From: Octopus bimaculoides
Taxonomy: Eukaryota
Direction of reading: 5' to 3'
DNA length: 46,128 nt
NCBI RefSeq assembly: GCF_001194135.2
Contig: NC_068986.1
Location: 42,635,452-42,681,579 of the forward strand
Under the pieces are notes generated by a model, which saw only the letters and a list, made by a program, of their open reading frames with translations, was not told the DNA's origin and searched no databases. The translations under genes and the position numbers were made by a program. This document shows, in pieces, positions 34,946-45,544 of this stretch. Within the stretch, counting starts at the first letter, position 1, and each line of letters begins with the position of its first letter.

Positions 34946-35420
34946 GAGAAGAAGTTTCAGGTGTGGAAGCATAGAGGAGAAGTTTCAGGTCTGGAAGAAA
35001 GGCTTAGAATCAAAGAGCCTTAGAGTCAACCTAGATAAAACCAAAGTCCTAATAAGTAGAAAGGTAGACTAACCACAAACCCCTTCAGGTAGATGGCTCT
35101 GCTTGATATGTAGAAAAGGTGTAGGTAGAAACTCTATAAGGTGTACCCAGTGTAAGTTATGGACACATAAGAGGTGCAGCAGTATGAAAGAAAAGCTAAC
35201 TAGCAAGATAGTTTTTCGTATGTGGCAGATGCTCAGGAGTAATAAACACTGAAAATGTGCAGAGAACAACTTCTGCCACATTCCAGGGAGAAAAACTAGA
35301 AGTAGTTGATGGCTTCCATTACCTAGGTGACTAAGTCAGTAGCAGGGGAGGGTGCGCTGAAAGTGTAGCTGCTAGAATAAGAATAGCCTGGGCAAAGTTC
35401 AGAGAGCTCTTACCTCTGTT
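34946..35420 (+). mobile_element. RTE-X-like LINE internal fragment
   Basis: EEKFQVWKKGLESKSLRVNLDKTKVL..PQTPSGRWLC..; homologous to 5931-6290 and to the reverse complement of 39127-39240. Confidence 0.9.
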
Positions 35421-35646
35421 GTGTGTGTGAATGTAAAGTTAGAAAATGGTACGTGTAGTGCATGTATAGCTTAATTTGGTTATGTAATTTAGAGAGGTAA
35501 ACAAACCTAAACTAATTGTCAAGAGGTGGGGAACAAAAATATAGGTGCACACAATTCCAAATGTTTTATTTTTCTTAATTTAATGGCAATATGATATGTG
35601 TGTGTGACAGGCTTACATACAGTTTCTGTTTACTAAGTTCACTCTT

Positions 35647-35998
35647 GGAGACCCAGGAAGACATGGGATAAAGTATTGAAGGCTGATCTCAAAACTGAAT
35701 GTTAGGAAGATGAGAGAGGACTGAGGTATGAGGTGCATTGCTGTACTTGAAAAGACCCACCCACTACAACAGAATTAAGATCCTAAATAAAGCCAATCAA
35801 ACATTGGCATGGGTGCTGGTGCCATGTAAAAGCACCCAGTACACTCTCTAAAGTGATTGTTGTTAGGAAGGGCATCCAGCCATAGGAACCAAGCCAAACT
35901 TGACTATGGAACCTGGTGCAGACCCTGGCTTTGTTAGTTCCTGTCAAGCCATCCAACACATGGCAGCATGAAAAATGGATGTTAAATGTTGATGATGA
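35647..35998 (+). mobile_element. RTE-X-like C-terminus contiguous with the (GAT)n-tailed 3' module
   Basis: GDPGRH/RPRKTWDKVLKADL end, then gctggtgccatgtaaaagcacccagtacactc..aggaagggcatccagcc..gatgatga. Confidence 0.8.
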
Positions 35999-36427
35999 CT
36001 CACAAGGCTTTGGTCAGCCTAAGGACCTGGATCTGAAACCATGATGTTACAAAGTGCACTCCTTAATCACACATGTTCCTCTGGAAATATGTTTTGTTAT
36101 ATTGTAAAGAATTTTTAAAATTTATTTTTTTGACAGTTCAGTACTATTGCTAGATGTTAAACAATGACTAAAAGTCTTTATGCTTCAGCCAGAGGGTTCA
36201 AAATTTAAAGCATTTCAGGAATGACTGCAATAATCATCATAATTGTAAATTTGTGTTTATTCTATCTTGAAATGTTACCCACCAAAATTCTTCACTTGTT
36301 AAAAGGTAAAATAAAAATTGAATATAATAATTAAAACAGCATTATAATGTTTAACTATATCTAAAACTTGTACGTAACATCTAATTTTGTATTTGTTATT
36401 TCATTTATTTTTTTAATGTTTTTACAG

Positions 36428-36514
36428 TTCATCATCATTAAATCGAGTTGGTAGCGCACGGCGTGCACCCCCCAAACTGAGAACATCAGAAGTTATTGAT
36501 GATCCTATGATACA
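36428..36514 (+). CDS. TRAF3IP1: Internal coding exon C of TRAF3IP1/IFT54 (87 nt, phase 2 to 2): SSSLNRVGSARRAPPKLRTSEVIDDPMI
   Basis: tttttacag acceptor, CA|gtaagt donor. GSARRAPPK matches the RPGSARPAPPRVK motif of human TRAF3IP1 as I recall it. Confidence 0.85.
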
Positions 36515-36584
36515 GTAAGTTATCTTTAATGGACAAAACATAACAGTGGCCTAATGTTTAACCTTTGTATTACTATATTTCTGT

Positions 36585-36811
36585 TTAAGCCTTTAGTATT
36601 TAAACAGGCCATATCCATCCCAAATATTCTACCTGTTTTATATTCAAACTAGCCAGATCTGGCCCCTCACACCATCCCTACAATATCAATCTAAAAATAA
36701 ACTGTTACCTCATCAAAATCTCAAAGTTACAAAATAATGCAACATTAATTCAAAACGTGTCAATAGATAAGCATTACATTGGACAGAATAATGTGAATGC
36801 TAAGGGGTTAA
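36585..36811. mobile_element. TTAA-MITE family 1, complete
   Basis: ttaagcctttagtattt ... aatgctaaggggttaa; colinear with 24411-24639. Confidence 0.85.
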
Positions 36812-36862
36812 ATACACAGTCTTTGTTTCAATTAATTTTTAAAATAATGAGTCTATCTAGAG

Positions 36863-36960
36863 CAGTGGTTTCAACCAGGCCCCATATGGCCCTTGGTGGG
36901 GGGGTCCATGTAAGATTCTGTTGTTAAGGTTTACATACAATAAATTGGTTCTACTTCTAC
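36863..36960 (+). mobile_element. hAT/Charlie-type terminus
   Basis: CAGTGGTTTCAACC preceded by ATCTAGAG, which fits the nTCTAGAn target consensus. A candidate partner end, aagaaccactg, lies at 38894-38904. Confidence 0.55.
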
Positions 36961-37038
36961 AGTACACAAAGCATTTTAACATTTTTTATACAATTCCTAA
37001 TAATATTTAATTATAAAAATGCTGATTTTTTTACATTC

Positions 37039-37069
<31 letters not shown>

Positions 37070-37267
37070 ATAGATTTAATCAAAAGTTTAAATGTGGTAC
37101 TTAAAATGTTTGTGGCACCAGAATTTGGTAGGGTAAAAACCAAAAACAAAACAAGAGATTTGGTGAATAAAATTTGAAGAAAAGCAACAAAAATGAATTA
37201 GGTTATAGCAGTATGTACGTTTCGTACAAACTTCATTTATTTATGTAGTGAGAACACCACATAAGAT

Positions 37268-37567
37268 GGAATTTTCCAGGAAGTAATTTGACCCCCCCCT
37301 CTTCGGAACTTTCCAGTAAGTTATTTGCCCCTTCCAGGGAGTAATTCCTCCCCTTCTTTGGAACTTTCCAGGAAGTAATTTCCCCCCTGGAACTTTCCAG
37401 AAAGTATTTCCTCCCCTCCTCGGAACTTTCCACAAAATAATTCCTCCCCCTCCTTGGAACTTTCTAGGAAGTAATTCCTCCCCTTCCTTTAAATTTTTCA
37501 GGCAGTAATTTGCCCCCTCCTTGGAACTTTCCAGGAAGTAATTCGTCCCCCTCCTCTGAACTTTTCA
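37268..37567. repeat. Minisatellite, ~9-10 units of ~33 bp, consensus GGAACTTTCCAGGAAGTAATTCCTCCCCCTCCTT
   Basis: Seen directly; the units are variably degenerate. Confidence 0.92.
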
Positions 37568-38443
37568 TAACAGCCAAATCTCCCTCAAAACTCCCTACTG
37601 TATTAATGCAACAATTCTGCGTATTATGTAGTTTGAATGAGAAACTAAGGTGTGTGAGCAACTGGTTGTGTTAATGGTCGAAGAAAGGGAAATTGCATTA
37701 GAAAAAGTTTTAATCGCTGTTCTTGGTAAGTATGGGGGCTAGGAAAAAATAGAAGAGGCAATAAGAAGTTGACGTTAAGAATTGCTTTAACAGAAAATGA
37801 AGCTGTAAGATTTAACGTTGAAATTGTATGTAAGAATTAATAGCAGACGTATCTAATTTAAGGAAAGTGAAGATAAAAGCTAAGTGAAGAAGTATGGAAT
37901 AAGTAATTTTTATACACTTATAGGAAAACAATTTATATTATAGAATAGGAGTTTTGCAGTTAGCAGGAAGTTGTTTGTGTTTTATCTCTCAATCAATGGC
38001 CAGACAAATGAAAATATTTTTTAAATATGTGTTTTGTGGAAAGGGGATCTTTTGAAGTGAGCGTCAAATGATAAGAGACATGGACAGTTTTATGACTGAA
38101 CTTCTTTTGAAGTTGGCGTGAGATGGAAGAATTGATGTGCGTGCGTATGTCTGTGTATGTTTGATGGGGTGTGTGAGACAGAGAGAGTAATGTTGATGGT
38201 GTGAGTATATGAGAGAGAGAGAGAAAGAAAGAGAGAGATAACTGAAACTTTTTATTCAGTTTTTGTAGTGAGTGAATGTGTGAGGGATTGACAGAAAAAC
38301 CGAAAGAGAGAGAGAGAGTAATTATGTATGTATGTATGAATGGCTTCAGTGACACACACTCACATACACGCATGCATACAAGTTGTTTTAATCGATTTTC
38401 TCGGTAACTGTGGAGGCTAGGAAAAAATATAAAGTGCGTTCCA

Positions 38444-38797
38444 NNNNNNNNNNNNNNNNNNNNNNNNNNNNNNNNNNNNNNNNNNNNNNNNNNNNNNNNN
38501 NNNNNNNNNNNNNNNNNNNNNNNNNNNNNNNNNNNNNNNNNNNNNNNNNNNNNNNNNNNNNNNNNNNNNNNNNNNNNNNNNNNNNNNNNNNNNNNNNNNN
38601 NNNNNNNNNNNNNNNNNNNNNNNNNNNNNNNNNNNNNNNNNNNNNNNNNNNNNNNNNNNNNNNNNNNNNNNNNNNNNNNNNNNNNNNNNNNNNNNNNNNN
38701 NNNNNNNNNNNNNNNNNNNNNNNNNNNNNNNNNNNNNNNNNNNNNNNNNNNNNNNNNNNNNNNNNNNNNNNNNNNNNNNNNNNNNNNNNNNNNNNNN
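38444..38797. other. Assembly gap (354 N)
   Basis: N run followed by (TA)n. Confidence 1.
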
Positions 38798-39126
38798 ATA
38801 TATATATATATATATATATATACATATCAAATGGATATAGAGGTCCAGTAGAATTAAATAGGAATCAAAAGAGTCCAGAGGCTAAAAATAGCTAAGAACC
38901 ACTGGTCTAAAATTATGTTTAGCTATTCTCAGTTTTTGCTCTTTTTTCATTAATTCATGCATCTAACAAACATTGTCAATATAAACGTTCCTACTATGTT
39001 TAAATACTTCATGTGATTCTAAAGGACTCTTAAAAGTCACTGTCCTAGCTTACACTGGATACATCTTATAGAGTTTCTACCTACGCCTTTTCTACAGATC
39101 GAGCAGGGCAATCTATCTGAAGGGAT

Positions 39127-39490
39127 TTATGGTTTGTTTGCCTTCCTACTTACTAGGACTTTAGTTTTAGCTCGGTTGACTCTAAGGCCCTTTGATTCTA
39201 ATCCTTGCTTCCACACCTGAAACTTCTCCTCTAGTTCTGATGGTGACTCAGCAATTAGAGCAAGGTCATCTGCATACAGGAGCTCCCAGGGGCATCCTGT
39301 TTTGAATTCCTCTGTTATTGCCTGGAGGACTATGATAAATAGGACATGGCTGAGGGCTTCGCCTTGGTGGACCCCTATCTCTACCTGGAATTCTTCACTG
39401 TACTCGTTGCCAGCCCTCACCTTACTGACAGCGTCCCTGTGCATGGCTCACACAGCTCTCACTAACCATTCTTCTATCTCTAGTTTCCTC
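39127..39490 (-). mobile_element. RTE-X-like RT core fragment
   Basis: VEIGVHQGEALSHVLFIIVLQAITEEFKTGCPWELLYADDLALIAE. Confidence 0.92.
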
Positions 39491-40719
39491 ATATATATTA
39501 TGTATGTGTATATATGTATGTGTATACATACATACCTATATATATATATATATATAAAACACTATCAAATATTCTTATTGATAACTTTTTTCCCTGTATA
39601 TTCCTGTGTTTTACGAATATGCACAGTATACAACATGTATGTCTTATTAATTGGATAATATAGTTAAAAATTGATGCTGTATTTCATCAGGAAATCACAT
39701 CCTCACATCATCATTTTAAATCTCTGCCATGGTCAATTTGTGGTCTGGTTACAGATGTGACTTATAACTTCCTCCTACAGTGTTTTGTTATTCTATTTAT
39801 TCCATATTTTTTTCTTTGTTTCTGCTCCTGTTTCATTTATTTCTGTATTTCCTATCATGAGTGTAACTATGTTCTGACTCTCAAAGGAATGACTTGCTAT
39901 CTGCTTAACTTTATAAACTGACATTATCCAAGCGCATTATAATATTTTTGAAATATCTGAAAATGACAAGTAATTTACAAGTGCACTGGCATGTCCAACA
40001 TTGGTGTTTTATAATTTGGCAATATTCGAAGGTATATAATATACAAAAAAATACTAAACTTTATCTGACAGTTTCAGCTTGAAGGTCATAATGAACATTT
40101 AATAATAATTTTCAGTTACTTGCTAGTTTCAAAAATAAAAAATAAAATGAAAGTAAAAAGTTACAGATAGCATATCAGTTTGGCAGTAAAAGTTGACAAC
40201 TACTGTAGGTGACACGTACCATTTATGTGCTCAGATACGCAGTAGCATATTGTCTGGTATATAAGTTAATTATATTTTAAGCCACTAAAATCATATGCAA
40301 TGAACTCATTGCAATGATTCTTTGCTATGCTTTTACTGCACTTGAACCTGATAGGATAGAAATTCTAGAGACAAATTTTTGCTCTGGTGGTATTACCTTT
40401 CAAACTTTATCCACTGTGCAACATCACATGATGAAAGGTTACACAATTTTCAAACAGACTGAGATTTTCGAATTCATCATTTTTGTTTTTAAATCATTGC
40501 CGCTGCTGTTGTTAAGCCAGCCTTGACTAAGAATACCTATGACATCAGCAATGTCCATCATAAGCCCAGGAATATATTATCCACTATATCCACTATGTCT
40601 TGTTATTTAAGATGGTAGGATGTGGTTGTCATTTCTAGCACACTAAGTAACCACGTTAGGCTTTCTCACTGGTTCAATTTAAAACATGAAGAGGAACAGT
40701 AATGATTATCTGCCTGAAA

Positions 40720-41056
40720 CAAATTTCATTTCGCTCTACATAGTTTACAAAGGTGTCACATGGGCCATATTTCTCAGAAGCTACAAAGCTGAACCACTTT
40801 CATGCAATACGCCTCAGAAAACTTCTCGGCATAAAATGGCAGGACAGGATCCTGGTCACCAAGGTACTTAAACGTGCTAACCTGCCCAGCATCCATACCA
40901 TCTTGATGCAGTCTCAGCTTTGCTGGGCAGGGCATGTAGCTTGCATATCAGACGAACGATTACCAAAAAGATTGCTCTTTGGCGAGCTGCAAAAGGGAAA
41001 GTGCTCACAAGGCGGCCAGAAGAAGCGCTTTAATGACACACTGAAAGCCTCACTAT
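40720..41056 (+). mobile_element. RTE/BovB-like LINE C-terminal fragment
   Basis: LNHFHAIRLRKLLGIKWQDRI..LMQSQLCWAGHVACISDERLPKRLLFGELQKGKCSQGGQKKRFNDTLKASL. Confidence 0.88.
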
Positions 41057-41878
41057 GCATAATTTTCTCAAGAAATTCTGGAAAGAGATGTATGGAGATT
41101 ATATGTCGGAAAAATAATAAAATTTTTTCTATTATGGACTAGTTAAAGTCTATCAGGAAATATTTTCCTGATTACAAGTGCTTTCCCATCAGTTTAATAA
41201 TAAACCAAAAATATTTCTACTAAATGCTAATTTAATTAGTGTGTTTTCAGTATATATATATATATATATCTTAGAAAACATACACAAAGAAACATACACA
41301 CACACACTTATAAATGTATCTTAAAACAGTCACTTGTTAATGTCTTTAACACTTTTAAGAACCCGCATAATAATATACAATAAAGTTTTCCTCCTCTTTC
41401 CAGATATATTGTTAGTATATTGTTGCCGCATCAGATAATATTGATCAATATAATTTTTTAGTTACTTTCATACTTTTCTGCTAAAAATTTTCAGCTATTG
41501 TAAAGAATGATAGCCTTAAATATTTCCAACCAACATTATTTTTTTTCTTTATATATTCTTTGAATCTTAATTGAAACATGTTTCGTGATGCGTTTTCGCT
41601 TCTGATCTTCAAACCAATTGATTGCTTATATTTATTTCTTTATTGTTGAATATTCTTTATTTAAATGCAGCCACAATTTCACTTTTTTATTTATGATTAT
41701 TTTTTATATCTTTTATTAATCCATGAATATAATTGCCCCTTCCTGCATCTTTTTTATTTGATAATGCTGTAATGAAATTTGAAACTTGGTTTTTGCCTTT
41801 CTGCAAATCATGCTGTGGTAAACAACAGCCTAAAACATAATGGTATTTAAAGGGATTGTCTACATCCAGAAACTTCGT

Positions 41879-42101
41879 TTAACCCTTTTGTTACCATATT
41901 TCTGTTGAGATGCTCTGTGTTTCTTTCAATTTTAAATATAACAAAGAATTTGGTAAAATAACTCAATCATTAAGCTAGTGTTAGGAACATAAATTGTGAC
42001 TAAGGTTTGGTGGAAGATTTTAATTCTGAGCTTTTGAAAACAAGACATTTGTATGACAGAGCCAGAGAGAGTTTCAAGCAGGTTGGTATCAAAAGGGTTA
42101 A
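41879..42101. mobile_element. TTAA-flanked MITE family 2, complete
   Basis: ttaacccttttgttacca ... tggtatcaaaagggttaa (17/18 inverted match). Confidence 0.88.
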
Positions 42102-43087
42102 GTTCATAAAATTAAATAAGATTGTGTGCTATAAGAAGAAATGAAATTGTTAGGTTATTCTGCTCATTTCTCTCACAAAGGACTTTGCTCCAGGTGTTAG
42201 ACTTCACTTCTGCTAACAAATGCATTCTTCATTTTGTGAATTTCACATCCATACACTTTATTTCATGCTTAATATCACAATATATTTTGTGCATCCCGAA
42301 TACTGAGACTTTTTTTCTTCATCTTCTCTGCTGAAGGATTTGTAGCTCTGAAATTACTTCTACAATGTAAAACATTTTTGCAAAAATTAATGAAGAACAG
42401 CTGATATATGTTTCAAATTTTTCATTTTATCATCAATGTTGAGCCATTTATGTATCAGTAAAACATTTAGTTTTCAGAGCTTTTTAAATATTCATTCTTG
42501 TATTTCTTCATGCAAATTATTGGTTTTGCTTGATTTCTCATTATTTCAAATTTTTTCAGACTTCTCTGATAAAATACTTTTCATGTCAAACATATAAGCA
42601 AATTGTTGGAAGGAGATATATATTCACTGATTGAACGCATTGTCTTCACTGAATACATTTGCAATTACAATAATCAAATACATTGTATTCAGTGAGTGAA
42701 CTGAATGACTGCATTCTTGCCAAATTACTTGTACATTATAAGTTAGCATAAATAGGTTGTGAATCTGCATATGCTTATGATGTTTCTTCCTATATTTCTT
42801 TTACCTTTAAATGCATTCTTTGGTCACTCATTTATCTATCCATGTAAAGAATTCTTTCCTTGAGTTCAAATACCTTGTCCATTATCTTAGAAAGTTCTAT
42901 GCAAAGTTGAATTGTGTTTATCAACTACAGTGCAATGGAAAATATGTGGCTATGACTTACACAATATTTTGGTAAACATTTTTAATTTGTTCAGAAGTTC
43001 CATATTCTGTTTAATTATGTGAAGTATCTTCGCAAAGGATATCTTTATTTATTTTGCACCTATTCATGCCTGTTATATTTTTAGACA

Positions 43088-43312
43088 TTAAGACTTTTGT
43101 TACCACATTTCTGTTGAAATACATTGCTTTTTTGTAGTTAGTTCTGGAAATAATGAATTATTTAGTAAAATATTTGTCATTATTAAGTTGGTATTTGGAA
43201 CAAATTAACCTAGAATTTTGATAGATTTAAATTTAGACTACTTTAAGGCATGATGAATGAGTCATAGAACCAGAGGTGGTAGTCTTGGGTGGATTTGTAT
43301 CAAAAGGGTTGT
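43088..43312. mobile_element. TTAA-MITE family 2, diverged
   Basis: ttaagacttttgttaccacatttctgttga ... tgtatcaaaagggtt. Confidence 0.7.
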
Positions 43313-43626
43313 AGGCTTTAGTTCTTTCTGATATATTTGTTCCATGTACTTTCATCATTTTATTTTATTTAGACACATTTTCTATATAAGTTTTGGTTTC
43401 TGCATCTAAACCTTGTGAAGTGTTATTTCTGTTGTTTTGCATTCATTTTCCTTATTATATGGATAGTGTGGTGCATCTGTTACTGCAATTGTTTTGTTTT
43501 TTGCTTCATTTTGATTTGGATGTCCCGTTTTATCACAAACCCCTCAATGTGAAACCTGTTTTTTGAGGTCAACCAAGCAACTGGGGCAGCTAGCAGGAAC
43601 AGAACACAGTATATTGTATACTAAGG

Positions 43627-43854
43627 TTACAACTTTTGATACCAACCCACCTGAGACTGTTCTTGGTTCAATGATATAAGCTTCTTGTTTTAAGTGATCT
43701 AAATTGAAACCTTCCATCAAATTTTCATGTTAATTTATTTTCCAAGCCCTAAATTAATAATGACAAAATATTTTACTAATTTCTTCATTATTTTCAAAAT
43801 TACTTGAAATAAAAGCAGCGTATTTCAAAAGAAATATGGCATCAAAAGTATTTA
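43627..43854. mobile_element. TTAA-MITE family 2, opposite orientation to 41879
   Basis: cttttgataccaacccacctgagac ... aaagaaatatggcatcaaaag. Confidence 0.7.
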
Positions 43855-44339
43855 TACCATAACTAATAAAGTCCAGCAAGTGCAGTGCTTGTCTTCGTAG
43901 TTCCTGCTTAGAATGACAAGTTTAGAGCTGCTATTTTTCTTGTCTTCTGCAAGCTGTATATTTTAATTATAGTTTTAATTATACTTATATTTAATTACCA
44001 TTGTAATTATAATTGAAATACATTATACTATCACTACATGTTAGACAAAGCAATATTTTGATTAGAATTTCACTTAGATGATTTTTCTACTTGAAAATAG
44101 CTGAGACACCTATTTGACATTTAGACGAAACTGGGGGTTTGTACTAGGTATTTTGTTAGCTCCCCAACAAATATTTGAAGTTTAATCTAAAGTTTACACA
44201 CTTGAGCTATTTTTTACAGTCTCTGTCTGTCTGTCTCTTTCTCTCTTCTTCTCTCTCTCTCGGTAGCCTTGTATCTTCTTTACAACAGCACACCTATTTC
44301 TGCCCCATTTCTTGTTCCCCCTCTCTCTCTCTCTTTCTG

Positions 44340-44752
44340 GGTAGCCTCTACAACAAGACATCTGTTTCACTATAACCTTTCATGTGACACAAGATCACCT
44401 CCTCCAAAGATTCTTTGTTTTGCAAGTTACCTGGTGACCGTGCTAGTGCTGGTACCACTTAAAAAGCATCCAGTCCACACTGTAACGTGGTTAGCATTTG
44501 GGAAGGGCATTCAGCTGTAAAAAAATGAACCAGGCCAAAACTAACCTCACCAGTCCTGGTGTCATATAAAAAGCACTCAGCCCACTCTGCAGTGTGGTTG
44601 GTGTTAGGAATGACATTCAGCTGTAAGAAAAACCCATGCCAAAACAGACACAGAAGTATGGTGCAGTCTTCTGCCTGGCCAGCTCCTTTCAAACTGTCCA
44701 ACCCATATCTGCATGGAAGAAGGACATTAAACAATGATGATGATGAGGATGA
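44340..44752 (+). mobile_element. (GAT)n-tailed retroelement 3' module with a tandemly duplicated core
   Basis: The core gctggtaccacttaaaaagcatccag..gggaagggcattcagctgta occurs twice (~44445-44545 and ~44553-44650). Confidence 0.8.
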
Positions 44753-45544
44753 ACACTCTTTGTATAGATAATAATAAGCATTTATGATGTAGTGTCATTA
44801 ACCTACTAATACTCTTAAAAAGTAATAAGTAGATTGCTGTGAAAGGTTTTTACTGAGGGTTTTTTTACATCATGCCCCTTATGAGATACACCATGAAGTT
44901 GAATTAATAACAGATTATTCATTTAAAACCCAGAAAGTGAAGAAATTGGTGAAGATCTACATCTTCATCTTTCTCTGCATTCTGATGGAAGCACAAGAGT
45001 CAGAAACAATAAGCATTTCACTTCTCATGGCAATCGGACTTATCAACATTCCAGGAACTCTGCCAAATATTATGTGACATGTTCTCATCTGTAAAATGTA
45101 AAATCTCTGTAAAATGAGTTTCAGTAATTTTGTAATGTTTTCTTTTTTTCTCTATTCATATGAGTGAATATTCTCAGGTGTGGAGGTCCATTACTGAAAA
45201 GGTTCCCTTCAGTATATCTGGACACTTTAGTAGTATTACAAGCCATGTCCACATCATGATTTAACATCCACTTTTCCATGCTTGCATGGGTCAGACAGAA
45301 TTTGTTGAGGTGGATTTTCTTTGGTCAGATTCCCTTCTTGTCACCAACCCTCAATTATTTCCAAGAGAGGTACTATTTCCCATGGCCAGGCATGTTTTTG
45401 ATGAAAGACTAAATGAGCAACATCACTTATAATGATGATGCTCATTTACAACCAGCACTTGATGTCTAAACAAGGTACACACAAACAGACACACACATGT
45501 TTAAGCCCACTAAATCAACTCACAAGGCTTTGGTTAGTCTAGGA

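Noticed and set aside
37268-37567. CRISPR-like array
   Set aside because: Eukaryotic context, no unique spacers and no cas genes. It is a degenerate tandem minisatellite.
38388-38895. Long ORFs of 137-161 aa
   Set aside because: They consist almost entirely of the N gap and (TA)n.
42646-42695. 12-bp stem hairpin tcactgaataca..tgtattcagtga
   Set aside because: Real but short and AT-rich. Stems like this are expected by chance in 46 kb of AT-rich DNA, and it is too short for a pre-miRNA.
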